Made by a program: the position numbers and the translations under genes. Positions 41,801 to 55,522 of a stretch of DNA of 64,000 nucleotides are shown piece by piece. Each line of letters starts with the position of its first letter. Within the stretch, counting starts at the first letter, position 1. The notes under the pieces were generated by a model, which saw nothing but the letters and a program-made list of their open reading frames with translations, made no database searches and had not been told where the DNA came from. The stretch is from the human T2T-CHM13v2.0 reference genome, Homo sapiens: the NCBI RefSeq assembly GCF_009914755.1, contig NC_060948.1, one strand, 5' to 3'.

Positions 41801-44429
41801 GAGTGGACTCAAAAGGAACGGACTCGAAAGGAATGGAGTCGAAGCAAATTGAATCAAATGGATTGGAGTCGAACAGAATGGAATGGAATGGAATGAACTC
41901 GACTGGAGTAGAGAGGAATGTAAAGGAATAGAATGGAATGTAATCAAATGGATTGCAAGTGAATGGAATCAAAAATAATAGAAAGGAATGGAGTGTAAAG
42001 GGATGATATTGAATAAAATGGAATGGAATGGAAGTTAATGGAATGGAGTCGAAGGAATGGACAGGAATGTAATGGACTCCAATGGAATGGAATGGATGAA
42101 AATGGATTTGAACAGATTGGAATCGAATGGAATGGAATGCAATGGAATGGAATGGACTCGAATGGAGAAGAGACAAATGGAATGGAAACGAATTCAATGG
42201 AATTGAAAAGAATAGAATGGAATGGCCTGTAATGGTAAGATACTAAATGGAATGGAATTGAATGGAATGTAGTGGAATGGACCCAAATGTAATGCAGTCG
42301 AATGGAATATACTGAAATAGAATGGAATCGAAAGGAAAGGTCTCAAATGGAATTTATTCAATACAATGGAATCGAATGGAATGCAATAGAATGGAAAGGA
42401 ATCGAATGTAATGGAATCAAATAGAATGGACCGGAATGGAATGGACTGTCATAGAACGGACTGCAGTGTAATGGATTGAATTCTAATTCATTCAAATGGA
42501 ATGGAATGGAATGGAATGGAATCCAATGGAATGGATAGGATTGTACTGGAATGGAATAGCATGGAATGCAACGGAGTGGAATGGAGTTGAATGAAGTGGA
42601 ATGGAATCGATTGGAATGGAATCAAATGGAATGGACGGGAATGGAATGGACTGGAAGAGAACAGACTCGAATATAATGGATTGCAATGTAATTGATTCAA
42701 ATGGAATGGAATCGAATGGAATGTCATAAAATTGAAGGGATTGGAGTTCAATGCAATGGAATAGAATGGAATGCAAAGGAAAGGAAAGGCACGGAGTGAA
42801 ATCGAGTGTAATGGAATCGAATGGAATGAAATCGAATGGAATGGACTCAAAAGAAATGGCCGAGGGACAAAACGGAATCAAACTGATTGGAATCGAATGG
42901 AACGGAATGGAATGGAATGGTCTCCATTGGATGGGAGTAGAACGGATTGGAATGGAATGGAATGAAATAGAATGGAAAGGAATAGAATGGAATGGAAAGG
43001 AATGGAAGGTAATGGAAAGATATCGAACGGATTGGAAAGGAATGGAATGCACGCTAATGGAATGGAATGGAATTCAACAGAAACGAATGGAATGGACTGG
43101 AGTGAAATGGAGTCGAATGTAATTGACTGGAGAGGAATGGACTCGAAAGGAATGGACTCGAATAGAATGGACTGGAATGGATTGTACTCGAATGGAGTGG
43201 AAAGGAATAAAATGGATTCCACCAGATTGGAATGGAACAGAATGTAATGCAATGGAATGGAATGCAATGGAATGGCTCGAATGGAATGGAGTCGAATGCA
43301 ATGGAAGAGAAAGGAAAGGAATTGAATGGAATTGAAAGTAATAGAATTAAATGGAGGGCAAAGGAAAGATATGGAATGGAATGGATCGAAAAGAAATAGA
43401 ATGGAATGGACAGGAATGGAATGGAATAGACTGGCGTGCAATGCAAACGAATGGAATGGAAATGAATGCAATGGAATGGGAAGGAAAGGAGTAGAATAAA
43501 TATTATGGAATGGAATGGAATGGAATGGAATGGAATGGAATGGAATGGAATGGAGGAGAAAGGAAAAGAATGGATTGGAATGTCACCGAATGGAAAGATA
43601 TGGAATGGAAAGGAATGGATACGAATGGAATGGAATAGAAAGGAACGGAAAGGTAAAGAATGGAATGGAATCGGATAGAATGGAATGCAATATAATGGAG
43701 TCGAACGGAAAATAATCGAGTAGAATGATATCGAATGGAATGGAATTTAATGGAATGGAATGGAATGGACTCGAATGGAATGTACTCAAATGGATTAGAA
43801 GAGAATGGAATGGAACTAAACGTAATGAACTCGAATGGAATGGACACAAATAGAATGGAAGAGAAAGGAATGGTATTGAATGGAATGTATTCGAATAGAA
43901 CGGAATTCAATGGAATGCAACAGTGTGGCATGGAATCAAATGGAATGGAATCGAATGGAATGGACCCGAGTGGAATGGACTCATAGAACAGCCTCGAATG
44001 TAATGGATTACAATGTATTAGATTCGAAAGGACTGAAATCGAATGGAATGTAATCAAATAGAACGGAATTGAATGCATGGAATGGCATAGAAAGTAATGC
44101 AATGGAATGGAATAGACTGGAATGGAATGGAATCGGATGGAATGGAATGAAATGTAATGGAAGGAATGCCATGGAATGGAATGGAATGGAATGCAATGGG
44201 ATGGTGTATAATGGAGTGCAATGGATTTCAGGGGAATGTAGTGAAAAGGAATGAAATAGAATGGAATTCAATATAATGGAATGGCATCCAATGGCAAGGA
44301 ATGGAGCGGACTCCAATGGAAACGACATGAAAGGACTATAATATAATGGAATGGCATTGAACGAAATGGAATGCAATGGAGTTAAAAGGTAAAATATCGA
44401 ATGAAAAGAATTGAGTGGACTCGAATGGA
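38866..44429 (+). repeat. Higher-order unit copy 8 (5564 bp, haplotype B)
   Basis: Landmark at 38866 and 44430. Private 15-bp duplication at 41082-41110. Confidence 0.93.
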
Positions 44430-47400
44430 ATATAATGGAATGGAATGGACTTGAATGGAATGTAGTAGAGGTGAATGGAATCGCATGGAATGGAAAACAA
44501 TGGAAAGGAAAGGAAGGGAATTGAAAGTAAATGAATAGAATGGAATGGAATCGGATGGAACGGAATTGAATGGAATGGAAACTAAAGGAATAGAATAGAA
44601 AGGAATGGCATTGAATGGAATGGAAAGGAATGGAATCAGATGGAACAGAAAGGAATGGAATAGAATCGAATGGAATGGCATTGAATGGTCTGGAATGGAA
44701 TGTAATGGAATGGAATGGAAAGGAATGGAATGGACTCAAATGGAATGTACTCAAATGGAATTGAATAGAATGGAATGGAAGTAAATATAATGGACTCGAG
44801 TGGAATGGATTGGAATAAATTGGAATTGAATGTATTGGATTCGAATGGAAAGGAATGGAATAGAATGGAATGGAATGGAATGGAATGGAATGGATTAGAA
44901 TGGAATGGAACGAATTGGAATGTAATTGAATGGAGTCGAAAACAGTAGAAAGAAAAGAAGTTTAATCGAATGATATCGAATGGAATTGAATGGAATGTAG
45001 GCGAATGGAATGGACTGGAATGGAGTGGAGTGACATGTAATGGAATCGAAAGGAATGGAATCGAATGAAATGGAATTGAATGGAATAGAAAGGAATAGAA
45101 TGGAATGGAGTTTAATGGAAAGATATTAAAAGTAATGGAATGGAATTGAGTGGACACGAATGGAATGGACTGGAATGGAAAGGACTCGAATGAAATGGAC
45201 TGCATTAGAATGGACTCGAATGGAATGGATTGGAGTGGAATGGTCTCTAATGGATTGGAAACGAATGGAATGGAAAGGAATAGAATGGAATGTAATGAAA
45301 TGGAACGAAATGTAATGGAATGGATTAGACTGGAACAGAACTGAATGTAGTGGAATTGAGTGGAATGGAATGCAATCGAATGGAATGGACACGAATGGAA
45401 TAGAATGAAATGAAATGGCATGGAATGGAATGGAATGGAATGGAATGGAATGGAATGGAATGGAATGGCATGGCATGGAATGGAATGGAATGGCATGGAA
45501 TGAAATTGATTGGAATGGGATGGGCCCAAAAGTAATGGACTCACAGAAAAGGGACTCAAATAGAATGAATTGGAAAGAAACGGTCTCGAATGTAATTTAT
45601 TCGAATAGAATGATATTGAATGGAATGCGATAGAATGGAATGGTATTGAATAGAATGGAGTAGAATGGAATGGAATGGAACGGAATGGAGTGCATTTGAA
45701 CGGACTCCAATGCAACAAATTGCAATATAATTGGTTCAAATGGAATGGAATCGAATAGAATGTAAACAAATGAAATGGAAGGCAATGCAATGGAAAGGAA
45801 TCGAATGAAATGGAATAAATGGGATGGAATCGAATGGAAAGGACGCGAATATAATGGACTGTTAAGGAAAGGTCTCGAATCGAATTTATTCCAATAGAAT
45901 GGAATCGAACGGAATGCAATACTATTGAATCGAATCGAATGGAATGGAATTGAATGGAATGGACAGGAATGGAATGAACTGGAAGTGAATGGAAAAGAAC
46001 GTAATACAGTGCAATGTAATTTATTCAAATGGAATGGAATGCAATCGAATGGAATGGACTCGATTGGAATGGACTGGAGTGGAATGGACTGAAATGGAAT
46101 GGAAAGGAAAGTAATGGAATGGAACGGAAAGCAAAGGAATCTACTGGAATAGAATCGAACGGAACAGAAAGGAATGGAATGGAATGGAGTGGAATGGACT
46201 CGAATGGAATGTATTCGAATGTAATGGACCGGAAAGGAATGGAATCCAATGGAATGGAATTGAATGGAATCAAAAGGAATAGAAAGGAATGGAGGGTAGT
46301 TGAATGATATCGAATGGAAGGAAATGGAATGAACTCGAATGGAATGCACTGGAATGGAATGGACTCGATCAGAACGGACTGGAGAGGAATGTACATAAAT
46401 GGAATGGAAACGAATGGAATGGAATGAAACGGAATGGAATGAAATGGAATTGAAAGGAACGGAATCAAATGGAATGGAATGGATTGGAATAGAATGGATT
46501 CAAATAAAATAGAATCGATTGGAATGGTATTGAATGGAAAGGACTTGAATGGAATGGAAATCAATGGAAGATATTGGAATCGAATGGCATCGAATGAAAT
46601 GGAATGGAACGGAATGCAACAGACCCGAATGGAATGGAATGGACTGAAATGTAATGGACTCGAATGGAATCGACTGAAATATAATAGACTCGAAAGGAAT
46701 GGCCTCCAGCGGAATTTATTTGAATAGAATTGAATCAAATGGAATACAAGAGTTTTGAATGGAATCGAATGGAATGGAATCGAATGGAATGGAACGGAAT
46801 TCAATATAATGGAGTAGAATGGAATGCATTGGAAAGGAGCAGAATGGAATCGAGTGGAATGGAATCGAGTGGAATGGAATCAAAGGGAACGAAATCGAAT
46901 TGAATGGACTTGAATGGAATTGACTCGAAAGGAATGGACTGGAACAAAAAGGAATCAAATGGACAGGAATGGAATGGAATGGACTCGAATGGAATGGAGT
47001 CAAATACAAACGCATCGAATGGAATGGATTCAAATGGAATGCAATTGAATGGAATAGAAAGGAAGAGAATGGAATTGAGAGTAATGGAAAGATATCGATT
47101 GGAATGAAATGGAATGGAAAGGAATTGAATGGAAAGGAATGGACTCGAAAGAAATGGATTGGAATGGAATGGTCTCCAATGGAATGGACTGGGGTGGAAT
47201 GGAATCGAATGGAATGAAAAGAATGGAACGGAATGGAACGGAAAGGAATAGAAAGTTATGGAATCCGATGGGACAGAATGGAATGGAATGGACTTTCATG
47301 AAATGGAGTCGAATAGAGAGGCATCAAAAGGAATGGAATGGAATGGAGTGGACTGAAAAGGAATGGACTCAAAAGGAATGGAGTCGAAGCAAATTGAATC

Positions 47401-49944
47401 AAATGGATTGGAGTCGAACAGTACGGAATGGAATGGAATGAACTCGACTGGAGTAGAGAGGAATGTAAAGGAATAGAATGGAATGTAATCAAATGGATTG
47501 CAAGCGAATGGAATCAAAAATAATAGAAAGGAATGGAGTGTAAAGGGATGATATTGAATAAAATGGAATGGAATGGAATTTAATGGAATGGAGTCGAAGG
47601 AATGGACAGGAATGTAATGGATTCCAATGGAATGGAATGGATGAAAATGGATTTGAACAGATTGGTATCGAACGGAATGGAATGCAGTGGAATGGAATGG
47701 ACTCGAATGGAGAAGAGACAAATGGAATGGAAACGAATTCAATGTAATTGAAAAGAATAGAATGGAATGGCGTGTAATGGTAAGATACTAAATGGAATGG
47801 AATTGAATGGAATGTAATGGAATGGAACCAAATGTAATGCACTCAAATGGAATATACTCAAATAGAATGGAATCGAAAGGAAAGGTCTCCAATGGAATTT
47901 ATTCAATACAATGGAATCAAAAGAAATGCAATAGAAAGGAAAGGAGTCGAATGTAATGGAATCAAATAGTATGGACCAGAATGGAATGCACTGCCATAGA
48001 ACGGACTGCAGTGTAATGGATTGAATTCTAATTCATTCAAATGGAATGGAATTGAATGGAATGGAATCCAATGGAATGGATAGGATTGTACTGGAATGGA
48101 ATAGCATGGAATGCAACGGAGTGGAATGGAGTTGAATGAAGTGGAATGGAATCGATTGGAATGGAATCAAATGGAATGGACGGGAATGGAATGGACTGGA
48201 AGAGAACAGACTCGAATATAATGGATTGCAATGTAATTGATTCAAATGGAATGGAATCGAATGGAATGTCATAAAATTGAAGGGATTGGAGTTCAATGCA
48301 ATGGAATAGAATGGAATGCAAAGGAAAGGAAAGGCACGGAGTGAAATCGAGTGCAATGGAATCGAATGGAATGAAATGGAATGGAATGGACTCAAAAGAA
48401 ATGGACGAGGGACAAAACGGAATCAAACTGATTGGAATGGAATGGAAGGGAATGGAATGGAATGGTCTCCATTGGATGGGAGTAGAACGGATTGGAATGG
48501 AATGGAATGAAATGGAATGGAAAGGAATAGAATGGAATGGAATGGAATGGAAGGTAATGGAAAGATATCAAACGGATTGGAAAGGAATGGAATGGACCCT
48601 AATGGAATGGAATGGAATTCAACAGAAAGGAATGGAATGGACTGGAGTGAAATGGAGTCGAATGTAATTGAGTGGAGAGGAATGGACTCGAAAGGAATGG
48701 ACTCGAATAGAATGGACTGGAATGGATTGTACTCGAATGGAGTGGAAAGGAATAAAATGGATTCCACCAGATTGGAATGGAACAGAATGTAATGGAATGG
48801 AATGGAATGCAATGGAATGGCTCGAATGCAATGGAAGAGAAAGGAAAGGAATTGAATGGTATTGAAAGTAATAGAATTAAATGGAGTGCAAAGGAAAGAT
48901 ATCGAACGGAATGGATCGAAAAGAAATAGAACGGAATGGACCGGAATGGAATGGAATTGAATGGAATAGACTGGCGTGCAATGCAAACGAATGGAATGGA
49001 AACGAATGGAATGGAATGGAAAGGAATGGAGTAGAATAAATACAATGGAATGGAATGGAATGGAGGCGAAAGGAAAAGAATGGATTGGAGTGTCACCGAA
49101 TGGAAAGATATGGAATGGAAAGGAATGGATACGAATGGAATGGAATAGAGAGGAACGGAAAGGTAAAGAATGGAATGGAGTCGGATAGAATGGAATGCAA
49201 TGTAATGGAGTCAAATGGAAAATAATCGAGTAGAATGATATCGAACGGAATGGAATTTAATAGAATGGAATGGAATGGAATGGACTCGAATGGAATGTAC
49301 TCAAATGGATTAGAATAGAATGGAGTGGAAATAAACGTAGTGAACTCGAATGGAATGGACACTAATAGAATGGAAGAGAAAGGAATGGTATTGAATGGAA
49401 TTTATTCGAATAGAATGGAATTCAACGGAATGCAACAGTGTGGCATGGAATCAAATGGAATGGAATCGAATGGCATGGACCCGAGTGGAATGGACTCACA
49501 TAGAAGAGCCTCGAATGTAATGGATTACAATGTATTAGATTCGAAAGGACTGAAATCGAATGGAATGTAATCAAATAGAACGGAACTGAATGCGTGGAAT
49601 GGCATAGAAAGTAATACAAAGGAATGGAATAGACTGGAAAGGAATGGAATCGGATGGAATGCAATGAAATGTAATGGAAGGAATGCCATGCAATGGAATG
49701 GAATGCAATGCAATGGGACGGTGTATAATGGAGTGCAATGGATTTCAGTGGAATGTAGTCAAAAGGAATGAAATAGAATGGAATTCAATATAATGGAATG
49801 GCATCCAATGGCAAGGGATGGAGCGGAGTCCAATGGAAACATGAAAGGAATATAATATAATGGAATGGCATTGAACGAAATGGAATGCAATGGAGTTAAA
49901 AGGTAAAATATCGAATGGAAAAGAATTGTATGGACTCGAATGGA
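44430..49944 (+). repeat. Higher-order unit copy 9 (5515 bp, chimeric: B-type 5' half, C-type 3' half)
   Basis: Landmark variants at 44430 and 49945. B markers at 45522, 46921 and 47006; C markers from ~47254 onward. Confidence 0.9.
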
Positions 49945-52900
49945 ATATAATGAAATGGAATGGACTCGAATGGAATGTACTAGAGTTAAATGGAATCGAA
50001 AGGAATTTAAAACAATGGAAAGGAAAGGAAGGGAATTGAAAGGAACGGAATAGAATGGAATGGAATCGGATGGAACGGAATTGAATGGAATGGAAACTAA
50101 AGGAATAGAATAGAAAGGAATGCCATTGAATGGAATGGAATGGAATGGAATGGAATAAGATGGAACAGAATGGAATGGAATAGAATTGAATGGAATGGCA
50201 TCGAATGGATTGGAATGGAATGTAATGGAATGGAATGGAAAGGAATGGAATGGACTCGAATGGAATGTACTGAAATGGAGTAGAATAGAATGGAATGGAA
50301 GTAAATATAATGGATTCGAGTGGAATGGATTGGAATAAATTGGAATTGAATGTATTGGATTCGAATGGAAAGGAATGGAATGGAATGGAATGGAATGGAA
50401 TGGAATGGAATGGAATGGAATGGATTCGAATGGAATGGAACGAATTGGAATGTAATTGAATGGAGTCGAAAACAGTAGAAAGAAAAGAAGTTTAATCGAA
50501 TGATATAGAATGGAATTGAATGGAATGTGCGTGAATGGAATGGACTGGAATGGAATGGAGTGACATGTAATGGAATCGAAAGGAATGGAATCGAATGAAA
50601 TGGAATTGAATGGATTAGAAAGGAATAGAATGGAATGGAGTTTAATGGAAAGATATTAAAAGTAATGGAATGGAATTGAGTGGACACAAATGGAATGGAC
50701 TGGAATGGAAAGGACTCGAATGAAATGGAGCGCATTAGAATGGACTCGAAAGGAATGGATTGGAGTGGAATGGTCTCGAATGGATTGGAAACGAATGTAA
50801 TGGAAAGGAATAGAATGGAATGTAATCAACTGGAAAGAAATGTAATTGAATGGGTTCAACTGGAACAGAGTTGAATGGAGTGGAATTGAATGGAATGGAA
50901 TGCAATCGAATGGAATGCACACGAATGGAATAGAATGAAATGAAATGGCATAGAATTTAGTGGAATGGAATGAAATGGAATGGAATTGAATGGAATGGAA
51001 TGGAATGGCATGGAATGGCATGGAATGGTATGGAATGAAATGGATTGGAATGGGATGTTCCCAAAAGTAATGGACTCAAATAAAAGGGACTCAAATAGAA
51101 TGAATTGGAAAGAAATGGTCTCGAATGTAATTTATTCGAATAGAATGATATTGAATGGAATGCAATAATATGGAATGGTATCGAATAGAATGGAATAGAA
51201 TGGAATGGAATGGAACGGTATGGAGTGCATTTGAACGGACTCCAATGCAATAAATTGCAATATAATTGATTCAAATGGAATGGAATCGAATAGAATGTAA
51301 ACAAATGGAATGGAAGGCAATGCAATGGAAAGGAATCGAATGAAATGGAATAAATGGGATGGAATCGAATGGAAAGGACGCGAATGTAATGGACTGTTAA
51401 GGAAAGGCCTCGAATCGAATTTATTCCGATAGAATGGAATCGAATGGAATGCAATACTATTGAATCGAATCAAATGGAATGGAATTGAATGGAATGGACA
51501 GGAATGGAATGAACTGGAAGTGAATGGACAAGAACGTAATATAGTGCAATGTAATTTATTCAAATGGAATGGAATGCAATCGAATGGAATGGACTCGATT
51601 GGAATGGACTGGAGTGGAATGGACTGAAATGGAATGGAAACGAATGTAATGGAAAGGAACGGAATGCAAAGGAATCTACTGTAATAGAAACGAACGGAAC
51701 AGAAAGGAATGGAATGGAATGGAGTGGAATGGACTCGAATGGAATGTATTCGAATGTAATGGACCGGAAAGGAATGGAATCCAATGGAATGGAATTGAAT
51801 GCAATCAAAAGGAATAGAAAGGAATAGAGTGTAATTGAATGATATCGAATGGAAGGGAATGGAATGAAGTCGAATGGAATGCACTGGAATGGAATGGACA
51901 CGATCAGAACGGACTGGAGAGGAATGTACACAAATGGAATGGAAACGAATGGAATGGAATGAAATGGAATGGAATGAAATGGAATTGAAAGGAACGGAAT
52001 GAAATGGAATGGAATGGAATAGAATGGATTGGAATAGAATGGATTCAAATAAAATAGAATCGATTGGAATGGTATTGAATGGAAGGGACTTGAATGGAAT
52101 GGAAAGCAATGGAAGATATTCGAATTGAATGGCATCGAATGAAATGGAATGGAACGCAATGGAACGGACCCGAATGGAATGGAATGGACTCAAATGTAAT
52201 GGACTCGAATGGAATTGACTGAAATATAATAGACTCGAATGGAATGGCCTCGAGCGGAATTTATTTGAATAGAATGGAATCAAATGGAATACAATAGTAT
52301 TGAATGGAATAGAATGGAATGGAATCGAATGGAATGTAATCCAATGGAATGGAACGGAATTCAATATAATGCAGTAGAATGGAATGCATTGGAAAGCAGC
52401 AGAGTGGAATCGAGTGGAATGCAATCGAGTGGAATGGAATCAAAGGGAACGAAATCGAATTGAATGGACTTGAATGGAATTGACTCGAAAGGAATTGACT
52501 CGAAAGGAATGGACTGGAACAAAAAGGAATCAAATGGACAGGAATGGAATGGAATGGACTCGAATGGAATGGAGTCAAATGCAAACGCATCGAATGGAAT
52601 GGATTCAAATGGAATGCAATTGAATGGAATAGAAAGGAAGAGAATGGAATTGAGAGTAATGGAAAGATATCGATTGGAATGAAATGGAATGGAAAGGAAT
52701 TGAATGGAAAGGAATGGACTCGAAAGAAATGGATTAGAATGGAATGGTCTCCAATGGAATGGACTGGAGTGGAATGGAATCGAATGGAATGAAAAGAATG
52801 GAACGGAATGGAACGGAAAGGCATAGAATGTTATGGAATCCGATTGGACAGAATGGAATGGAATGGACTTTCATGAAATGGAGTCGAATAGAGTGGCATC

Positions 52901-55522
52901 AAAAGGAATGGAATGGAATGGAGTGGACTCAAAAGGAACGGACTCGAAAGGAATGGAGTCGAAGCAAATTGAATCAAATGGATTGGAGTCGAACAGAATG
53001 GAATGGAATGGAATGAACTCGACTGGAGTAGAGAGGAATGTAAAGGAATAGAATGGAATGTAATCAAATGGATTGCAAGTGAATGGAATCAAAAATAATA
53101 GAAAGGAATGGAGTGTAAAGGGATGATATTGAATAAAATGGAATGGAATGGAATTTAATGGAATGGAGTCGAAGGAATGGACAGGAATGTAATGGACTCC
53201 AATGGAATGGAATGGATGAAAATGGATTTGAACACATTGGAATCGAACGGAATGGAATGCAATGGAATGGAATGGACTCGACTGGAGAAGAGACAAATGG
53301 AATGGAAACGAATTCAATGGAATTGAAAAGAATAGAATGGAATGGCGTGTAATGGTAAGATACTAAATGGAATGGAATGGAATGGAATGTAGTGGAATGG
53401 ACCCAAATGTAATGCAGTCGAATGGAATATACTGAAATAGAATGGAATCGAAAGGAAAGGTCTCAAATGGAATTTATTCAATACAATGGAATCGAATGGA
53501 ATGCAATAGAATGGAAAGGAATCGAATGTAATGGAATCAAATACAATGGACCAGAATGGAATGGACTGTCATAGAACGGACTGCAGTGTAATGGATTGAA
53601 TTCTAATTCATTCAAATGGAATGGAATGGAATGGAATGGAATCCAATGGAATGGATAGGATTGTACTGGAATGGAATAGCATGGAATGCAACGGAGTGGA
53701 ATGGAGTTGAATGAAGTGGAATGGAATCGATTGGAATGGAATCAAATGGAATGGACGGGAATGGAATGGACTGGAAGAGAACAGACTCGAATATAATGGA
53801 TTGCAATGTAATTGATTCAAATGGAATGGAATCGAATGGAATGTCATAAAATTGAAGGGATTGGAGTTCAATGCAATGGAATAGAATGGAATGCAAAGGA
53901 AAGAAAAGGCAAGGAGTGAAATCGAGTGCAATGGAATCGAATGGAATGAAATCGAATGGAATGGACTCAAAAGAAATGGACGAGGGACAAAACGGAATCG
54001 AACTGATTGGAATGGAACGGAAGGGAATGGAATGGAATGGTCTCCATTGGATGGGAGTAGAACGGATTGGAATGGAATGGAATGAAATGGAATGGAAAGG
54101 AATAGAATGGAATGGAATGGAATGGAAGGTAATGGAAAGATATCTAACGGATTGGAAAGGAATGGAATGGACCCTAATGGAATGGAATGGAATTCAACAG
54201 AAACGAATGGAATGGACTGGAGTGAAATGGAGTCGAATGTAATTGAGTGGAGAGGAATGGACTCGAAAGGAATGGACTCGAATAGAATGGACTGGAATGG
54301 ATTGTACTCGAATGGAGTGGAAAGGAATAAAATGGATTCCACCAGATTGGAATGGAACAGAATGTAATGGAATGGAATGGAATGCAATGGAATGGCTCGA
54401 ATGCAATGGAAGAGAAAGGAAAGGAATTGAATTGTATTGGAAGTAATAGAATTAAATGGAGTGCAAAGGAAAGATATCGAATGGAACGGATCGAAAAGAA
54501 ATAGAATGGAATGGACAGCAATGGAATGGAATAGAATGGAATAGACTGGCGTGCAATGCAAACGAATGGAATGGAAACGAATGGAATGGAATGGAAAGGA
54601 ATGGAGTAGAATAAATACAATGGAATGGAATGGAATGGAGGCGAAAGGAAAAGAATGGATTGGAGTGTCACCGAATGGAAAGATATGGAATGGAAAGGAA
54701 TGGATACGAATGGAATGGAATAGAAAGGAACGGAAAGGTAAAGAATGGAATGGAATCGGATAGAATGGAATGCAATGTAATGGAGTCGAATGGAAAATAA
54801 TCGAGTAGAATGATATCGAACGGAATGGAATTTAATAGAATGGAATGGAATGGAATGGACTCGAATGGAATGTACTCAAATGGATTAGAATAGAATGGAG
54901 TGGAAATAAACGTAGTGAACTCGAATGGAATGGACACTAATAGAATGGAAGAGAAAGGAATGGTATTGAATGGAATTTATTCGAATAGAATGGAATTCAA
55001 CGGAATGCAACAGTGTGGCATGGAATCAAATGGAATGGAATCGAATGGCATGGACCCGAGTGGAATGGACTCACATAGAAGAGCCTCGAATGTAATGGGT
55101 TACAATGTATTAGATTCGAAAGGACTGAAATCGAATGGTATGTAATCAAATAGAACGGAACTGAATGCGTGGAATGGCATAGAAAGTAATGCAATGGAAT
55201 GGAATAGACTGGAAAGGAATGGAATCGGATGGAATGTAATGAAATATAATGGAAGGAATGCCATGCAATGGAATGGAATGCAATGCAATGGGACGGTGTA
55301 TAATGGAGTGCAATGGATTTCAGTGGAATGTAGTCAAAAGGAATGAAATAGAATGGAATTCAATATAATGGAATGGCATCCAATGGCAAGGGATGGAGCG
55401 GACTCCAATGGAAACGACATGAAAGGAATATAATATAATGGAATGGCATTGAACGAAATGGAATGCAATGGAGTTAAAAGGTAAAATATCGAATGGAAAA
55501 GAATTGTATGGACTCGAATGGA
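49945..55522 (+). repeat. Higher-order unit copy 10 (5578 bp, haplotype C with an internal B-type patch)
   Basis: Landmark variants at 49945 and 55523. GGGATGTTCCC at ~51052 replaces GGGATGGGCCC. Confidence 0.9.
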
